A DNA stretch of 64,000 nt from NCBI GenBank assembly GCA_964016885.1, contig OZ024753.1, forward strand, positions 6,386,001 through 6,450,000, read 5' to 3'. Position numbers and translations under genes: made by a program. The notes beneath the pieces were generated by a model that worked only from the letters and a program-made list of their open reading frames with translations, did not search any database and was not told the DNA's origin. Shown piece by piece: positions 1 through 13,924 of the stretch; within the stretch, counting starts at the first letter, position 1, and each line of letters starts with the position of its first letter. This DNA is from Eledone cirrhosa. Its lineage: Eukaryota.

Positions 1-179
1 ATGGAAACAACAACAAAAACGATAGCAGCATTATCATAAACAACTCTTTGTCTTCTAGCTGAATTACAAATGAAAGCAGAACGGAGGATTTGTTTAATTT
101 ATGCCCAATAAAATGTTTTTCTATATGGTCAACACAGACATCCCTAAAATATGCATTGTGTCATTTTATTTGGGACTCA

Positions 180-720
180 TTAAGTATTGGAGAATTCAAA
201 TGTGGAGCTCATCAAGTATTAAACTTTCAACAAGAACAAGGAAGTACTAAAATCAAAATGAGTTTCCTATCATTTGAAGGCTAAGATCTTTGATACTTAC
301 ATCGTACCAGTTGTGTTATATGGTCTTGACTGTGTTAATTGAACGACAAGGTAACTTCAGAAGCTCTCTACATTCCAGAACCACATTATGAGACTTATGA
401 CTGGCAAGCGGCTCAGCGACCGTATCTGCATCAGTGAGCTGCTCAACATTACCAAACTTAGACAATTACATCAATTGTCGAGTCAAGAGTAATCAAACTA
501 TACGGCCATATAAAAAGATCAACTCGTGGTGTGAGTAGGTTTTGCCTAGCAAGAAGGTTGGCTGGTAAGAGAAGCAGATGCCAGCAGCAAAAACGATGGC
601 ATCATAATACCAACTTATGGGCTGGACTGGACTGGATCTTTGCTCTTTGAACTCTGCTGCCGGAGAGAGATATCACATGTGGATGCGCACTCCGCAACTG
701 GCGGAGTTTAGCATCACAAG
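180..720 (+). mobile_element. Decayed RTE-like LINE 3' fragment (RT C-terminal region)
   Basis: Frameshifted translation LKAKIFDTYIVPVVLYGLDCVN...FQNHIMRLMTGKRLSDRI...IKLYGHIKRS...GKRSR...KRW matches the typical C-terminus of RTE-clade ORF2 (LYG-x-E/D-x-W, GH-x-x-R, G-x-R-x-R-G...W); contains stops. Confidence 0.75.
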
Positions 721-1334
721 AATTATTGGATATTTCATATTTGGTGCTCATTAAGTATTGGAGATATCATATTTCATTGTGGTATTCCATTAGAAGATTG
801 TTAGAAGTAGAGAGGATACTTCATATGTGGCTCTATTATCTTGAAAGATTTGTACTTAAAGTTTACGGCGAATATGGATAATAAGAGTATCACAGAAGCT
901 GCTCAGACGGAACTTTAGGTAAAGTAAGCTAGATATTTTATAATCAATATGTAAACAACTTCGACAATAAACTCTGTATAGTGTTCTTTAACGCTATAAG
1001 CATAATACGCAACCAAACAGTTAAAACTTTACCATTATTTAATCTTAACGTCTCAGTCAGTGTAAGTCAGTTGCCAATGTTGTTGCCGAATTTTTAATAA
1101 TTGTTTTGTTTATATTTGAGTATTTAACTTTCATTCACTAGCACGCTAATTATAAGTATATTTTTGAGTTTTGTTTCTTTCGCTATATATAACAAAACTG
1201 AAGCTGCAATTCATTTCATTCGATGCGATTCAATTCAATTTATTGTTATATAAAACCACATAAGTTATGGAGAATAATTTGAGATGCAGGTGTGTCTGAA
1301 ATGTATAAATCAATTAAGTCAATCTTTCACAATA

Positions 1335-1791
1335 CAGGTAAAATTCCGTTATAACGAATACTGTTATAATGCATTTTTCAGTATAAAGAAATTTTTTTCA
1401 ATCCCTACCCCCATTCGATGTGTTAGGGCGATCTCGTTATAAAGAATTTTTCGTTACAACGAATTTTTTTTTCATACCCTTTCAAGTCCCTTATATCGGA
1501 ATTTCCAAATATATGACATGGCGACAATTATTTATGATTTCGTTGCAACGTTATGGAATTACATGGGAATAATAAATCGGGGAACGTAGGTAGTTAATAA
1601 TTAGTGGTAGAAATAAAATTCCGTTATAACGAATACCATATAACGAATTTTTCAGTACAACGAAATGTTCAATCCCTGAGGTAATATCAAACAAACGCTC
1701 GATTTGTTAGCGTAGATCTCGTTACAAAGAACTTTTTGTTTCAACGATTTTTGTTAATAACCCTCAATTTTCTTATGACAGACTTTCACTG
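1335..1791. mobile_element. Tc1/mariner Tigger/pogo-like MITE with two tandem sub-units
   Basis: TA|CAGGTAAAATTCCGTTATAACG at 1333 and CTTATGACAGACTTTCACTG|TA at 1772-1793; internal repeat AAAATTCCGTTATAACGAATAC at 1340 and ~1615; repeated CGTTATAAC motifs. Confidence 0.6.
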
Positions 1792-2041
1792 TATTTGTTT
1801 TATCGGGCTCCTACCAACATTGGAGCCGGAAGTATCCTCATGAAATACTTACTATGAGTCATTTTGATCTACGAATCCCTTCCTGTTCTCTACATTTGGC
1901 ATTCAATCTCGCAAAGGATAGCTTTGTGTTTTATCATTTCAAAGTAAATATAAAATGTTTCTGATCATCAGAAAATGTGCTGCCGTACTTCTTCCGAATC
2001 TTGTTATCTAAAGAGCAATGGAGTTTACATATCTAGTAGAT

Positions 2042-2248
2042 CAGGCATGTCAAACTGAGGGTCCACCGAGGGACAATGGTTCACATATGTGTTGTATGAG
2101 GGACAGACGACAAATAATTGCGCATATTACAACTAATTTTTTTAAATTTCATATTACTGACATAAAACATGCTCGCGCTGTAAAAACCTTTGTGCGGGCC
2201 GTAGGTGTGCTTTTAAAGGGCCCGTGGGCCGCATGTTTGACGAGCTTG
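2042..2248. mobile_element. hAT (Charlie-like) MITE
   Basis: TIRs CAGGCATGTCAAAC / GTTTGACGAGCTTG (11/14), subterminal GCGGGCCG motifs, perfect 8-bp TSD TAGTAGAT at 2034-2041 and 2249-2256. Confidence 0.85.
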
Positions 2249-2590
2249 TAGTAGATTCAGCCTGCCTCTTTTTATGGAATAGAAGCTTCTCATGTGCCAT
2301 TAGCAATTTCACATATGCGGGATATATTCTGGATATAATTTCAGGACAACCACCTGCTTTCCTATGACCACACTGGTTATGCAAAGTCTCTGGGCACTGT
2401 AATTTGTCTCCGACTCAAAGAAGGACATAATTATACCTTCATCGTCTTCTTTTCCTTCTTTTTCCTTTTCTTCTTCTTGAACCAGTTATTCCTGAGACGG
2501 TCGTGGGGACACATTCCTTAAATACTCCTTCCAGTGGGTCCTGTAAGAAATATATATAGAAGTGGTTACACAACAGTTAGTTCACCATAC

Positions 2591-2628
2591 CGAGAACAAT
2601 TGTTTCACCTGAACGGATCCTCAGCTCG
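2591..2628 (-). ncRNA. Minimal type I hammerhead ribozyme, family F1
   Basis: Minus strand reads CGAG-CUGAGGA-UCCGUUCAGGU-GAAA-CAAUUG-UU^-CUCG: perfect 4-bp stem I, intact core, palindromic stem III ACAAUUGU; abuts (TA)n at ~2635. Confidence 0.75.
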
Positions 2629-2631
2629 AAA

Positions 2632-2663
<32 letters not shown>

Positions 2664-3107
2664 ATATATACTTACATGATTTTCTTTATAAATTAACACG
2701 GAAGATGGTTTTGTATCTGTTATTAGGTAGATCAAATGATTTGGGCACGAGATATTTTATATAAAGCGATTTAAAAGTGTTTTATAATGAATTAATGATA
2801 AATAGAACGATTACTATATTTGGAAATGATCTAGTGAAGTTTGGGTCACTCTGTATTTATGCAGTTAAGGGAATCAATTAATACGACATGTCTCTGCTGT
2901 CAGGATTTCATATTAGATTTGTTACTAATTGGAAGAAACCTGGTTTTATACATTTAATATAATGATATATTTTGATTTTTCCGTTATATATGTTCTCTTC
3001 AAATCCTAAATCACTCAAATTTTAAAGCTCATGATAGGTCTAGATCGTTCGATTATATATTTTTTTTATCTTAAAAATGTTTACTTCTTTTATTATGCTT
3101 TAATATT

Positions 3108-3291
3108 ATTGGCAGTATCGGTAGAGAGTCGGACGCCATGCTTTGACGCATAGAGTTACGGCCCTTGCCATTCTGTGTTCAAATCCCGCCGAGGTTTACT
3201 TTACCTTTCATCCTTACGAGGTCGATAAAATAAAGTACCAGTAATACACTGGTAATTTGCTGGCCTTGTGCCTAAAGTAGAAACAATTATT
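3108..3291 (+). mobile_element. tRNA-derived SINE family A, full length
   Basis: A-box-like TGGCAGTATCGG, B-box GTTCAAATCC, central CCTTTCATCCTTACGAGGTCGATAAAATAAAGTACCAG, tail TGTGCCTAAAGTAGAAACAATTATT; many copies in the window. Confidence 0.9.
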
Positions 3292-3619
3292 AAGATGGAG
3301 AAACGTTAGAACGTCGGATAGAATGCTTTGAGTCATTCGTTCCAGCTCGAGTTCAAATCCCATCGACGTAAACTTTCCCTCTCATCCTTTCATACATAGG
3401 AAATCTGCTGTACTCAAGCTGAAGATCGTTGGGCTCCATGATACATAAAATACCCAACAAACGCCGTATGGTAGTATGGTACCCCTACCATTGGTCCAGG
3501 GGTTACAGGATCATACTATGCCTTACCGATATATTATATTTTCAGACGTAATTATAGCACCAGCAGCACAAGCAATGGATCGTATAATGCATCGTTGATG
3601 AATAGTTTCTCAATCCAAA

Positions 3620-3735
3620 ATAATTGCTTCTACTTTAGGCACAAGGCCAGCAATTACCCAGTGCATTACTGGTACTTTATTTTATCGACCCCGTAAGGAT
3701 GAAAGGCAAAGTCAACCTCGGCGGGATTTGAACCT
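3620..3735 (-). mobile_element. SINE family A, 5'-truncated at B-box
   Basis: Reverse complement of the SINE A 3' half, ending at GGGATTTGAAC. Confidence 0.85.
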
Positions 3736-3771
3736 CAATCCAAAATAATATTTAGTATCCTGTAATGCCTA

Positions 3772-3791
3772 TAAATATATATATATATTTA

Positions 3792-3834
<43 letters not shown>

Positions 3835-4173
3835 GTATATATATATATGTATATATATGTATATATATATATATGTATATATATGTATATATATGTATAT
3901 ATATATATGTATATATATGTATATGTATATATATATATGTATATATATGTATATATATATGTATATATATGTATATATATATGTATATATATGTATATAT
4001 ATATATGTATATATATGTATATATATATATGTATATATATGTATATATATATATGTATATATATGTATATATATATATGTATATATATATGTGTATATAT
4101 ATGTATATATATATATGTATATATATGTATATATATATATGTATATATATGTATATATATATGTATATATATG
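3772..4173. repeat. (TA)n/(TATATG)n compound microsatellite
   Basis: Direct reading; source of the spurious Y/I/M ORFs. Confidence 0.95.
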
Positions 4174-5204
4174 TAGTATTCAGTGTTTCTTTTGAATTAA
4201 CGAATGTAACAAAAAATGAATTTGCAAAATATATATTGATAAATGAATGGACGAAACCATAGGAAATGAAACAAATATAACAAATAAATAGATAGCCTAC
4301 TTGGAGCCTTTATGGAATATACCAGTCTATTTCCATTAGTACTTCCTGTCAGTCAACCATTTTATTTGTCTGGGATATAAAATGAATTCCATTAGAGATC
4401 TCAAATAACAAGTGAAAAAATATTACATGGAATTTCAAGTAGTTTCCAAAAGCTTTTTCAGAACTACCTTCAATTAATACCAGGTTTCAAATTGCAATTT
4501 ACCATACACTTCAAATATTTGAAGCATTATTTCTAAAACACGTATCCATTTATCCTTAGATATCTAATTTTTTTATCTAATTTATTTTGGTATTTTCGAT
4601 ATTTCTTTTAAAGAATATTGAATATTAGGATATCTATCATATCTTGAATCAGACGGTCTTGAATATTGGGAATCAAAATATGTTACTATATGTATTTCTT
4701 CAATTCGGAAAAAGAAAATATGTTATGAAAGAGAATATGAATTCAGAAGCAGGTATACAATTTCCACCCAGAGGGTTGAACATACAACTACAAATAAAAA
4801 CGTTTGCTTGAAAGTAGGCGGCAAGAAATTACAGTGTAAAATAGACATAATGTATTGATAGTAAAAGCTGAACATAAACACATTCATAAAAACAAACAAT
4901 AACATATACTTGGTTTTCGTCCTTTAGACAATAAAGGGAAATAATATGGCGCGAATCTTCATTGTTGTAAGAGTGGCAGTGAATTAATGCGGGAAATAAT
5001 TGATTTTAAAAGGGTATTAAAACCGAGTATTGTATTCCGTTATTTTGGTGTTTATTTGGTAAGTAGTTAACAGCGTTCAAATGTTTAACAGACAATCTGC
5101 ACACTGAAATACTGCCGGCTGTTTTCTGGTTAACATGGTAGTGAAATCAAACACATATAATATACAAAGCAGGTAGTGAGCACTTAGTCACAGCTACACA
5201 ACCA

Positions 5205-5310
5205 CAAGGGTATGGTCCGAACGTGGAAGAGCCGAACACCCACTGTCTTCCCATCCATCACTCTCGCCCTCCCCATCTCTCTCTATGTTGAGCAAATGAG
5301 GTCCCACTGT
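5205..5310 (-). mobile_element. 3' UTR fragment of CRE-like LINE
   Basis: GAAGAGCCGAACACCCACTGTCTTCCCATCCATCACTCTCGCCCTCCCCATCTCTC matches the 56981-57200 3' UTR. Confidence 0.65.
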
Positions 5311-5489
5311 TTATATTCTGATCATAATTTAGAAGAAGCAAAAGTGACGGATGTCGCAAGCACATACGTTTGTAAATTAACTTGCTACACGTGGTTGTAT
5401 CTCTTCATTCTCGAAGGTTTTATGCTTTGCATCAGTCGTTTGCTTCTCTGTATATTACTAGAATCTTGAGGATTACTACGAGGAACATT

Positions 5490-6165
5490 GATTGGCAGTA
5501 TCAGTAGAGGGTCGGACGCGATGCTTTGCAGCATGGAGTTACGGCCCTTTATAATCTGAGTTCAAATCCCGCCGAGGTTAATTTTGCCTTTCATCCCTAC
5601 GGGGTCGTTAAAATAAAGTACCAGTAATACCCTGGGGGTAATTGCAGTCCTTGTGCCAAAAGTAGAAACAATTATTAATATTAATATTGAGGTCGGCAGC
5701 AATCAGTAGAGCGTCGCACACCATACTTTGCAGCATAGAGTTACGAACCTTTATGATCTGAGTTCAAATCCCTACAAATTGGACTATGTAGGATATGATG
5801 CAGCATCTGTTTTAGGGTTGGATAAAATTCATATCATATGATATAACATTGAGTTCATCCTTTCTTACTACATGCACCATCGAGATGAGATGGTTGCAAT
5901 GATGTTTACTTTACTTTTCTGTCGTTTATTATTTGTATCTTATGGAAGGGCGGTCGGTAGGCAATACTGGGAGAGCATGGGCGACCATGCCTTATGGATT
6001 TTAGATACGTCAATTTATGTTCTCAGTTCAAACCCTGTCGATTCTAGATTCGCCTCTCATTCTTACGGGATCGATAATATAAAGTACCAGTAATGCACTG
6101 AGGTCAATTTAATCGACTTTCCCCCTACGCCAAATTGTAGGCCCTGTGGCTCTAAAACCATAATT
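5490..6165 (+). mobile_element. Cluster of three SINE A copies (5490-5676 full, 5690-5772 head only, ~5950-6165 diverged)
   Basis: Same A/B box and central domain as 3108-3291. Confidence 0.85.
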
Positions 6166-6559
6166 TGTATTTTTAAATCAGTGACTATTGTATTAACATC
6201 AAAGTACAACAGATTGGTTCGTTGTAAACTATATTTGCTTGGGCTGTGTCAACAGTCATCTCAACTTTTTAGACGATAAAATACCGTCATAGGAGAGACC
6301 ATGCTTGAAAGCGAATTTATAGCAGTTTATTTTCAAAGAGTTCTCCTTCAAATATACGTTTAATTTTGCATTCTAACACAATCGCTGCACCTATTGAGGT
6401 TTTCGTATAGAGAATCGTAGAAGATACGATACCTGTGTAAACCATGTAGGGCCTGCTACAAAGGTGTCTCCTTTGCAATATCTGTATATAAGTATCTATA
6501 AACCCGTAGTGCAAATATTTATTATTAGTAGAAATTAAAATGTTACCAAAAATGTCTAC

Positions 6560-6835
<276 letters not shown>

Positions 6836-7001
6836 AAAACCACAAACCCTCGATCTCAATTCTACATTTGAAAAGCACAAGAACTGCGAAACCGGTAAAG
6901 GAACCAAATAAATATTTTTAAAAAGACGCCAGTTGCATTTTCGATTTCATCTTTTTTCCTTACACTTTAAGTCATGTAGGACATCTCGTTTTTTTCACAT
7001 G

Positions 7002-7047
<46 letters not shown>

Positions 7048-7839
7048 AAAATAGAGGAAAACAGTGGGGACGCCGGCGCTGAGCTTCGGCCGTTTCGACA
7101 GCTAGATCCGAAACGTGTTCGGATATATATATATATACATACACTGACAGACTGAGGCGGGTATGTAAGCCTGTGTTTTTATATGCTAGTGTAATCTAGA
7201 AACAAATAAATATTAGGGTGTATTTTTAATTTCTAAACTGTTTATTACAGTAAAAATTAAATGATAATTAAATTTAAATTGTACCGACTTTGGAGACACA
7301 ATTCCGTATTGAAATACTCCATAGTGGATAACATATATGATACTTTTTCGGATTATGATACTTTTTCGAATTATACTTTGATATTACATTTCAAGAACAA
7401 TGTTTGTATGTTTGTGTGCCTACCAAAACAAACAACAACTAATATACAAAGTTCAATAAAAGTAATTTAATTCACTTCCTTGTTTAAACTTTTTTTAAAT
7501 CTTACATATTTATCATTATTTCTTTGCGTTGGTTTAAATGTTCCGCTATTATGTTAATTGAGCGTGTATTTAGTTATTTCTCCTGATAGAGAAACAAAAC
7601 AAAGAAACAGAGGATAGCGTACATATTTGTTACTATTTTTCTTCTATTGAATTTGTCTTGTTTGTTTACCAGGTAACTTCGTTTCATTGTCTTTGTTTAT
7701 TGTGAATGTTTCTAGTTAATTTTTCTGTGGCCTTTATTGTTTTGTTACACATACAATTCCCTTTGTTTATACATAGCATATATGTGTATATACATGTGTG
7801 TGCTTATACATATAATTGTGTATGTGTGTGTGTATGGAT

Positions 7840-8093
7840 ATATATATATACACACAACAAATATATACAAATATATATATATATACATACATAAAAATAT
7901 GTATACATATATATTTATATATATACAAACACATATTTACGTATATGTATATATATACTATACATGTATATATATATATAATATGTATATATATATAATA
8001 TATATATATATATACTATACATGTATATATATATATAATATATATATACTATACATGTATATATATATATAATATATATATATACTATACATG

Positions 8094-8124
<31 letters not shown>

Positions 8125-8158
8125 CTATACATGTATATATATATAATATATATACTAT

Positions 8159-8190
<32 letters not shown>

Positions 8191-8302
8191 CTATACATGT
8201 ATATATATATAATATATATACTATATATATATATATAATATATATACTATATATATATATATATATATATACTATACATGTATATATATATATATATATA
8301 CT

Positions 8303-8334
<32 letters not shown>

Positions 8335-8430
8335 ACTATACATGTATATATATATATATATATATACTATACATGTATATATATATATATATATATACTA
8401 TACATGTATATATATATATATATATATACT

Positions 8431-8461
<31 letters not shown>

Positions 8462-8463
8462 CT

Positions 8464-8494
<31 letters not shown>

Positions 8495-8496
8495 CT

Positions 8497-8528
<32 letters not shown>

Positions 8529-8965
8529 ACTATACATGTATATATATATATATATATACTATACATGTATATGTATATATATATATATATATATACTATA
8601 CATGTATATATATATAATATATATATATATACTATACATGTATATGTATATATATATATATATATATACTATACATGTATATATATATAATATATATATA
8701 TATACTATACATGTATATATATATAATATATATATATATACTATACATGTATATATATATATACTATACATGTATATATATATAATATATATACTATATA
8801 TATATAATATATATATATATACTATACATGTATATATATATAATATATATACTATATATATATACTATACATGTATATATATATAATATATATACTATAT
8901 ATATATACTATACATGTATATATATATAATATATATACTATATATATATATATATATAATATATA

Positions 8966-9003
<38 letters not shown>

Positions 9004-9030
9004 TATACATGTATATATATATAATATATA

Positions 9031-9061
<31 letters not shown>

Positions 9062-9089
9062 CTATACATGTATATATATATAATATATA

Positions 9090-9120
<31 letters not shown>

Positions 9121-9340
9121 CTATACATGTATATATATATAATATATATACTATATACTATATATATATATATATATATATACTATATATGTATATATAT
9201 GTATATACTATATATGTATATACTATATATGTATATATATGTATATACTATATATGTATATACTATATATGTATATATATGTATATACTATATATGTATA
9301 TATATGTATATACTATATATGTATATATATATATATACAT
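7840..9340. repeat. (TA)n microsatellite with higher-order unit TACTATACATG(TA)n
   Basis: Dozens of ACTATACATG interruptions between 7957 and 9130, switching to TACTATATATG after 9180. Confidence 0.95.
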
Positions 9341-9523
9341 TTGTATTTGTTTATTCACGTTTGTAAGCTTCTGTATAGTAGGGGTTATGCTTACTCCGCT
9401 GTTTATTGGAATTTAAAATTGTAATGTGATTATTTTATTCAAACGTAAATCAAATAGGGGGAAAATAAATCACTTGTTTTTTTTATTTATTTAAATGTGA
9501 AATCAAACGAGAATAAAAAATTG

Positions 9524-10318
9524 TACTATCACTACTACTACCACGACTACTACTACTGCTATTACTAGTACCACCAGCACTACTACTATTACTACCTCTG
9601 CTGCTATTACTACTACCACCACTACTATTACTATTACTACTACCCCAACACTATCACGACTACCACTACTACTATTACTGCTACTACCACCACGTCCACC
9701 GTCACTAGGAAGAAGGGGGGGAGATGATGAAGGGGTAGAAAATGATGATGATGGTGGAGGGAGAAAAGAAAAGAAGTAGAAAAGAAAAGAGAAGAGATGA
9801 GAAGGAACTCCTGAAGAAGTCACATAAGTAGTAGTAGTAGTATCAGTAATAGTAGTAGCAGTGGTGGTAGTAGTGGTGGTAGTAGTAGCATTAGTGGTGG
9901 TAGTAGTGGTGGTAGTAGTAGCATTAGTGGTACTAATAGTGGTAGTAGTAATAGTAGTAGCAGTGCTAGTAGTAGTGGTGGTAGTAGTAGTGGTAGCAGT
10001 AGTGGTACTAGTAGTAGTAATAGTGGTAGCAGTAATAGTAGTAGCAGTGGTAGTAGCAGTAGCAGTAGTGGTACTAGTAGTTGTAGTAGCAGTGGTAGTA
10101 GTAGTGGTGGTAGTGGTAGTGGTACTAGTAGTTGTAGTAGCAGTGGTAGTGGTGTTAGTGGTAGTGGTACTAGTAGTTGTTGTAGTAGTGGTGGTAGTGG
10201 TACTAGTAGTTGTAATAGTAGCAGTAATAGTAGTAGCAGTGGTAGTAGTAGTGGTACTAGTAGTGGTAGTAGCAGCAGTAATAGTAGTAGTAGTGGTAGT
10301 AGTAGTAATAGTAGTAGA
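9524..10318. repeat. Opposed trinucleotide arrays: (TAC/CAC)n 9524-9700 and (TAG/TGG)n 9827-10318
   Basis: Direct reading; source of the poly-T and poly-V pseudo-ORFs. Confidence 0.9.
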
Positions 10319-11115
10319 AAAAGAAATGTAAAACTTAGGAATTTCTTTCTTGATCTTTCCCTGAATCATGTCTACTCAAGCATTACACCAATTTATTTTA
10401 TAAGATTAAACTGGAGAGATTTTAATTAAAGATATTTCAAATGTTATAGAATCCGTTCTTCAGAGGGTTAATATAAAAATATAATCACGCACAAAGAAAT
10501 ACATTGGACACATGTATATTCTGAGAGAATAACAGGTACATACACACGCATATTTACACGCACACACACACATATGTATACATGTATATACATATATGTA
10601 TATATGTATATTTACGTGTATATATATATATATATATATATGTGTATGTATATATATCTATATATATATGTATATATATATATATATATGTTTAAATATA
10701 TATATATATACACATGAATATATATATATGTACATACATATATATATACCCATATGCATGTATATATATATATATACATGTTTAAATATAAATATGTAAA
10801 CATGAATATATATATGTACATATATATATACCCATATGCATGTATATATATATATATATATACATACATGTTTAAATATAAATATGTATACATGAATATA
10901 TATATGTACATATATATATACCCATATGCATGTATATATATATATACATACATGTTTAAATATGTATACATGTATATATATATATATGTGTGTGTATATA
11001 TATATATACATACATAAATGCTTAAATATAAATATATATATATATATAAATACATGCTTAAATATATATATATATATATATGTTATTCCGGGTTGAATCG
11101 GAGGTAACCACACAC

Positions 11116-11150
<35 letters not shown>

Positions 11151-11806
11151 TACATATATACACACACACATACATACAAGAGATACAAAGGTAACAAACA
11201 ATATAACGAAACATATAAGCCTCGTTTATTTCCGTTTCCGCTTGGGCGAACAATTTTCGAACATAGTCGTGACTAAAAGGCACAGAAGCGGTCACAAATG
11301 ATAATATTGGTACAGAGGAATATTAGGAAGAATATAAGAATATATAGGAAAATATATATAAAGAATAAAAACAAGATAAAGAAAGATCTAGATAGAAGAT
11401 ATATGCGACTTAATTTCATTATTAGATTAAATGAGATTACATTTTAGAATTACCATAATTATTTGAAACTATCTCAGAAATGTTTCACTTTACGACAGAT
11501 ATTTGCATACATACATACATACATACATACATACATACATACATACATACATACAAGTAAACAACGACGCGCACACACACACATACATACATACACATAC
11601 GTAATATATATATATATATATATTACGTAAGTAAATATATACACCTAACCAACATACATACAAGTAAACGCTAAGACGCGCACACATACAGACACACATA
11701 TACGTAATATATATATATATATAGATAAGTAAATATATACACCTAACCGATATTCACAATTATACATACACATATACATATATACACACATACATATATG
11801 TATTTA

Positions 11807-11847
<41 letters not shown>

Positions 11848-11942
11848 GTAGAACACTGGAAGGTAATATCCGTAGTGGTAGAGCACTCAGTCTATGGGAC
11901 GTGTTAGGTAGAAGTAGTTACACAACAGTTTCTTCACCATAC

Positions 11943-11980
11943 CGAGAACAATTGTTTCACCTTAGCGGATCCTCAGGTCG
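11943..11980 (-). ncRNA. Hammerhead family F1, second copy
   Basis: CGAC-CUGAGGA-UCCGCUAAGGU-GAAA-CAAUUG-UU^-CUCG; the element (11845-11995) is bounded by (TA)n on both sides and shares GTTACACAACAGTT..TTCACCATACCGAG with 2560-2630; one stem I mismatch. Confidence 0.65.
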
Positions 11981-11994
11981 TAATGGAGTCCACT

Positions 11995-12027
<33 letters not shown>

Positions 12028-12110
12028 ATAAATACCCCACATCTTGAATTAAGCGATTACAAACGGGTTCCTTTGCCTCTCATTTACCAGCCGTCTATCT
12101 TATCACTATA

Positions 12111-12165
<55 letters not shown>

Positions 12166-12197
12166 AGATCAAAAGATGGTTAAAGGAGTTCCATATA

Positions 12198-12264
12198 TTT
12201 TATTATGCGCATTTCAAAAACAAACATCATCATGCAATAATATTTGTGTTTTCATCAGATAATA
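12198..12264 (-). ncRNA. Type I hammerhead ribozyme, family F4
   Basis: UAUUAU-CUGAUGA-AAACACAAAUAUUAUU(GCAU)GAUGAUGUUUGUUUUU-GAAA-UGCGCA-UA^-AUAAAA; 16-bp stem II with one mismatch, palindromic stem III AUGCGCAU; between (TA)n tracts. Confidence 0.75.
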
Positions 12265-12302
12265 CAGGAGAACATGATATGAAGGCTAAAAAACACTTGT
12301 GG

Positions 12303-12348
<46 letters not shown>

Positions 12349-12975
12349 TTGGAGGAATGACTTGTACAGTGCTAGAACTGTTTCATATGAATTACACACT
12401 TCTAATGTTGAAGAAGACATTTCTATATTTATATAATAGAAATGGCTATATTTCACCAATGAACTGCGTAAAATTTTTACCTGTGGTTACCCACTCAACA
12501 CAACTCGGGAATCTATGACATATATACACCCCCACTTACAGACATGCATTTATACTTGTAATTATATATACAACTGTATTGTTCCAATATGCAGCTATAT
12601 AAAAGTCCCAGTCCTCCGTCACAAAACTACATTCCTGCTTAAATCTAAGCGGAGCAATTTTACCCTTTTATGTTAAATTACAATTTTAATCAATGTTGTT
12701 TATTTTGGAAGTCATTCTGTTTGTTAATTAATCTGCTACATAACCCGTTACATTTAATTAGCTTTCTAACAGTTGTATCTTCTTGAAGCTCCAATTTTAT
12801 CTCTGTAAGGAAACTGCTACTTCACCAAACATTTTCATTAAATTTGTATATACACTCATTCATATACACAAACGTATATATTCGCATACACTCTCAGGTA
12901 TGTGTGTGTGTCTGGTGGTAGCTAAGGTGCTTCCATAGGTAGTATGCCGGTTGAGCAATAAAATAATTGCTCTGT

Positions 12976-13020
<45 letters not shown>

Positions 13021-13026
<6 letters not shown>

Positions 13027-13215
13027 GAAAAAGTATGACGCCGACGGCAGAGCTCAAGCCGTTTCGACGGCTATTTCTGGACTAGAAATAGCCGTCGAAA
13101 CGGCTTGAGCTCTGCCGTCGGGTTCATACTCTTTCCTATTTCCCACTCTACTACCCTAAGTATTGAGTACTCTGGTGCGTTATGGTCCATTTGGTTCCTT
13201 ACCACATTTCCTTTA
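13021..13215 (+). mobile_element. Inverted-repeat element family F3 with partial hammerhead (GAAA-stem III-GUC)
   Basis: Hairpin ~13025-13137 (GACGGCAGAGCTCAAGCCGTTTCGACGGCTATTTCT / AGAAATAGCCGTCGAAACGGCTTGAGCTCTGCCGTC) plus tail GGTGCGTTATGGTCCA..; flanked by (TA)n; relatives at ~7050-7125, 19815-19928, ~39505-39557. Confidence 0.6.
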
Positions 13216-13223
13216 TCTATCTA

Positions 13224-13259
<36 letters not shown>

Positions 13260-13924
13260 GGAGAGAGTGAGAGAGATTCAGATATCTATACATATATATA
13301 TATATGTATATATATGTGTGTATTTAACATTACTACATACGGGCGAAGACTGATAGTTATTTCATGAAATTGATTTTCATTAGAAATTCTGAACAGCATT
13401 AACAAAAAAAACAAACAAACAAAAAAAAAAACATCTTACATAAGAAAAAAAGAACACAAGTGTAAACAGAAATTGATTCGGTTGTACACTGTTGCAATAA
13501 TCTTCTTTTCTTTTGAAATGAGTTTTCACGCCTGTTAAAACAAGAACTAACACAGAACGTTGATTCTTAAAAAACATAACGTAAACATATCGGGTTTATT
13601 TATTTTTTTTGCATGATTTCTATTAGATATTAAAAGCCAGTCCACGCCTGAATTATCATAAGTAAGACGAACTGTTAAAGTCATACTGAAAAAACCTCAG
13701 AAGTTTATAACACATGTGAGATAAATATATTTAAGGACAAAAATGTAAACTCGACTTCTGTAAACTCAAAAGCCGCATTTCGAACTGTCGCGTAGAATAT
13801 AATAATTTCTTCAAGAAAATTGAAAGTATATTCAATTAAAACATGACAGACTTATTAATCTTGTCAGAAAATCAAATGATATTTTAATTTCATGAACGCG
13901 GTTGGGTTATGGAGTAGATATATA

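Noticed and set aside
1955-1976. CTGATGA-TCA-GAAA on the minus strand
   Set aside because: There is no room for stem II and no stem I/III pairing
3108-3200. tRNA gene (A/B boxes)
   Set aside because: No cloverleaf; it is the tRNA-derived head of a multi-copy SINE
9503-10369. 288-aa Thr-rich mucin-like ORF
   Set aside because: It is entirely a degenerate (TAG/TGG)n array plus an opposed (TAC)n array, with no signal peptide or splice context
10430-10470. Minus-strand CTGAAGA...GAAA
   Set aside because: No stem II or stem I complementarity
12915-12980. CCGGTTGAGCAATAAA before (TA)n, like a pLTR end
   Set aside because: The core and GAAA are not recognisable; too decayed to call
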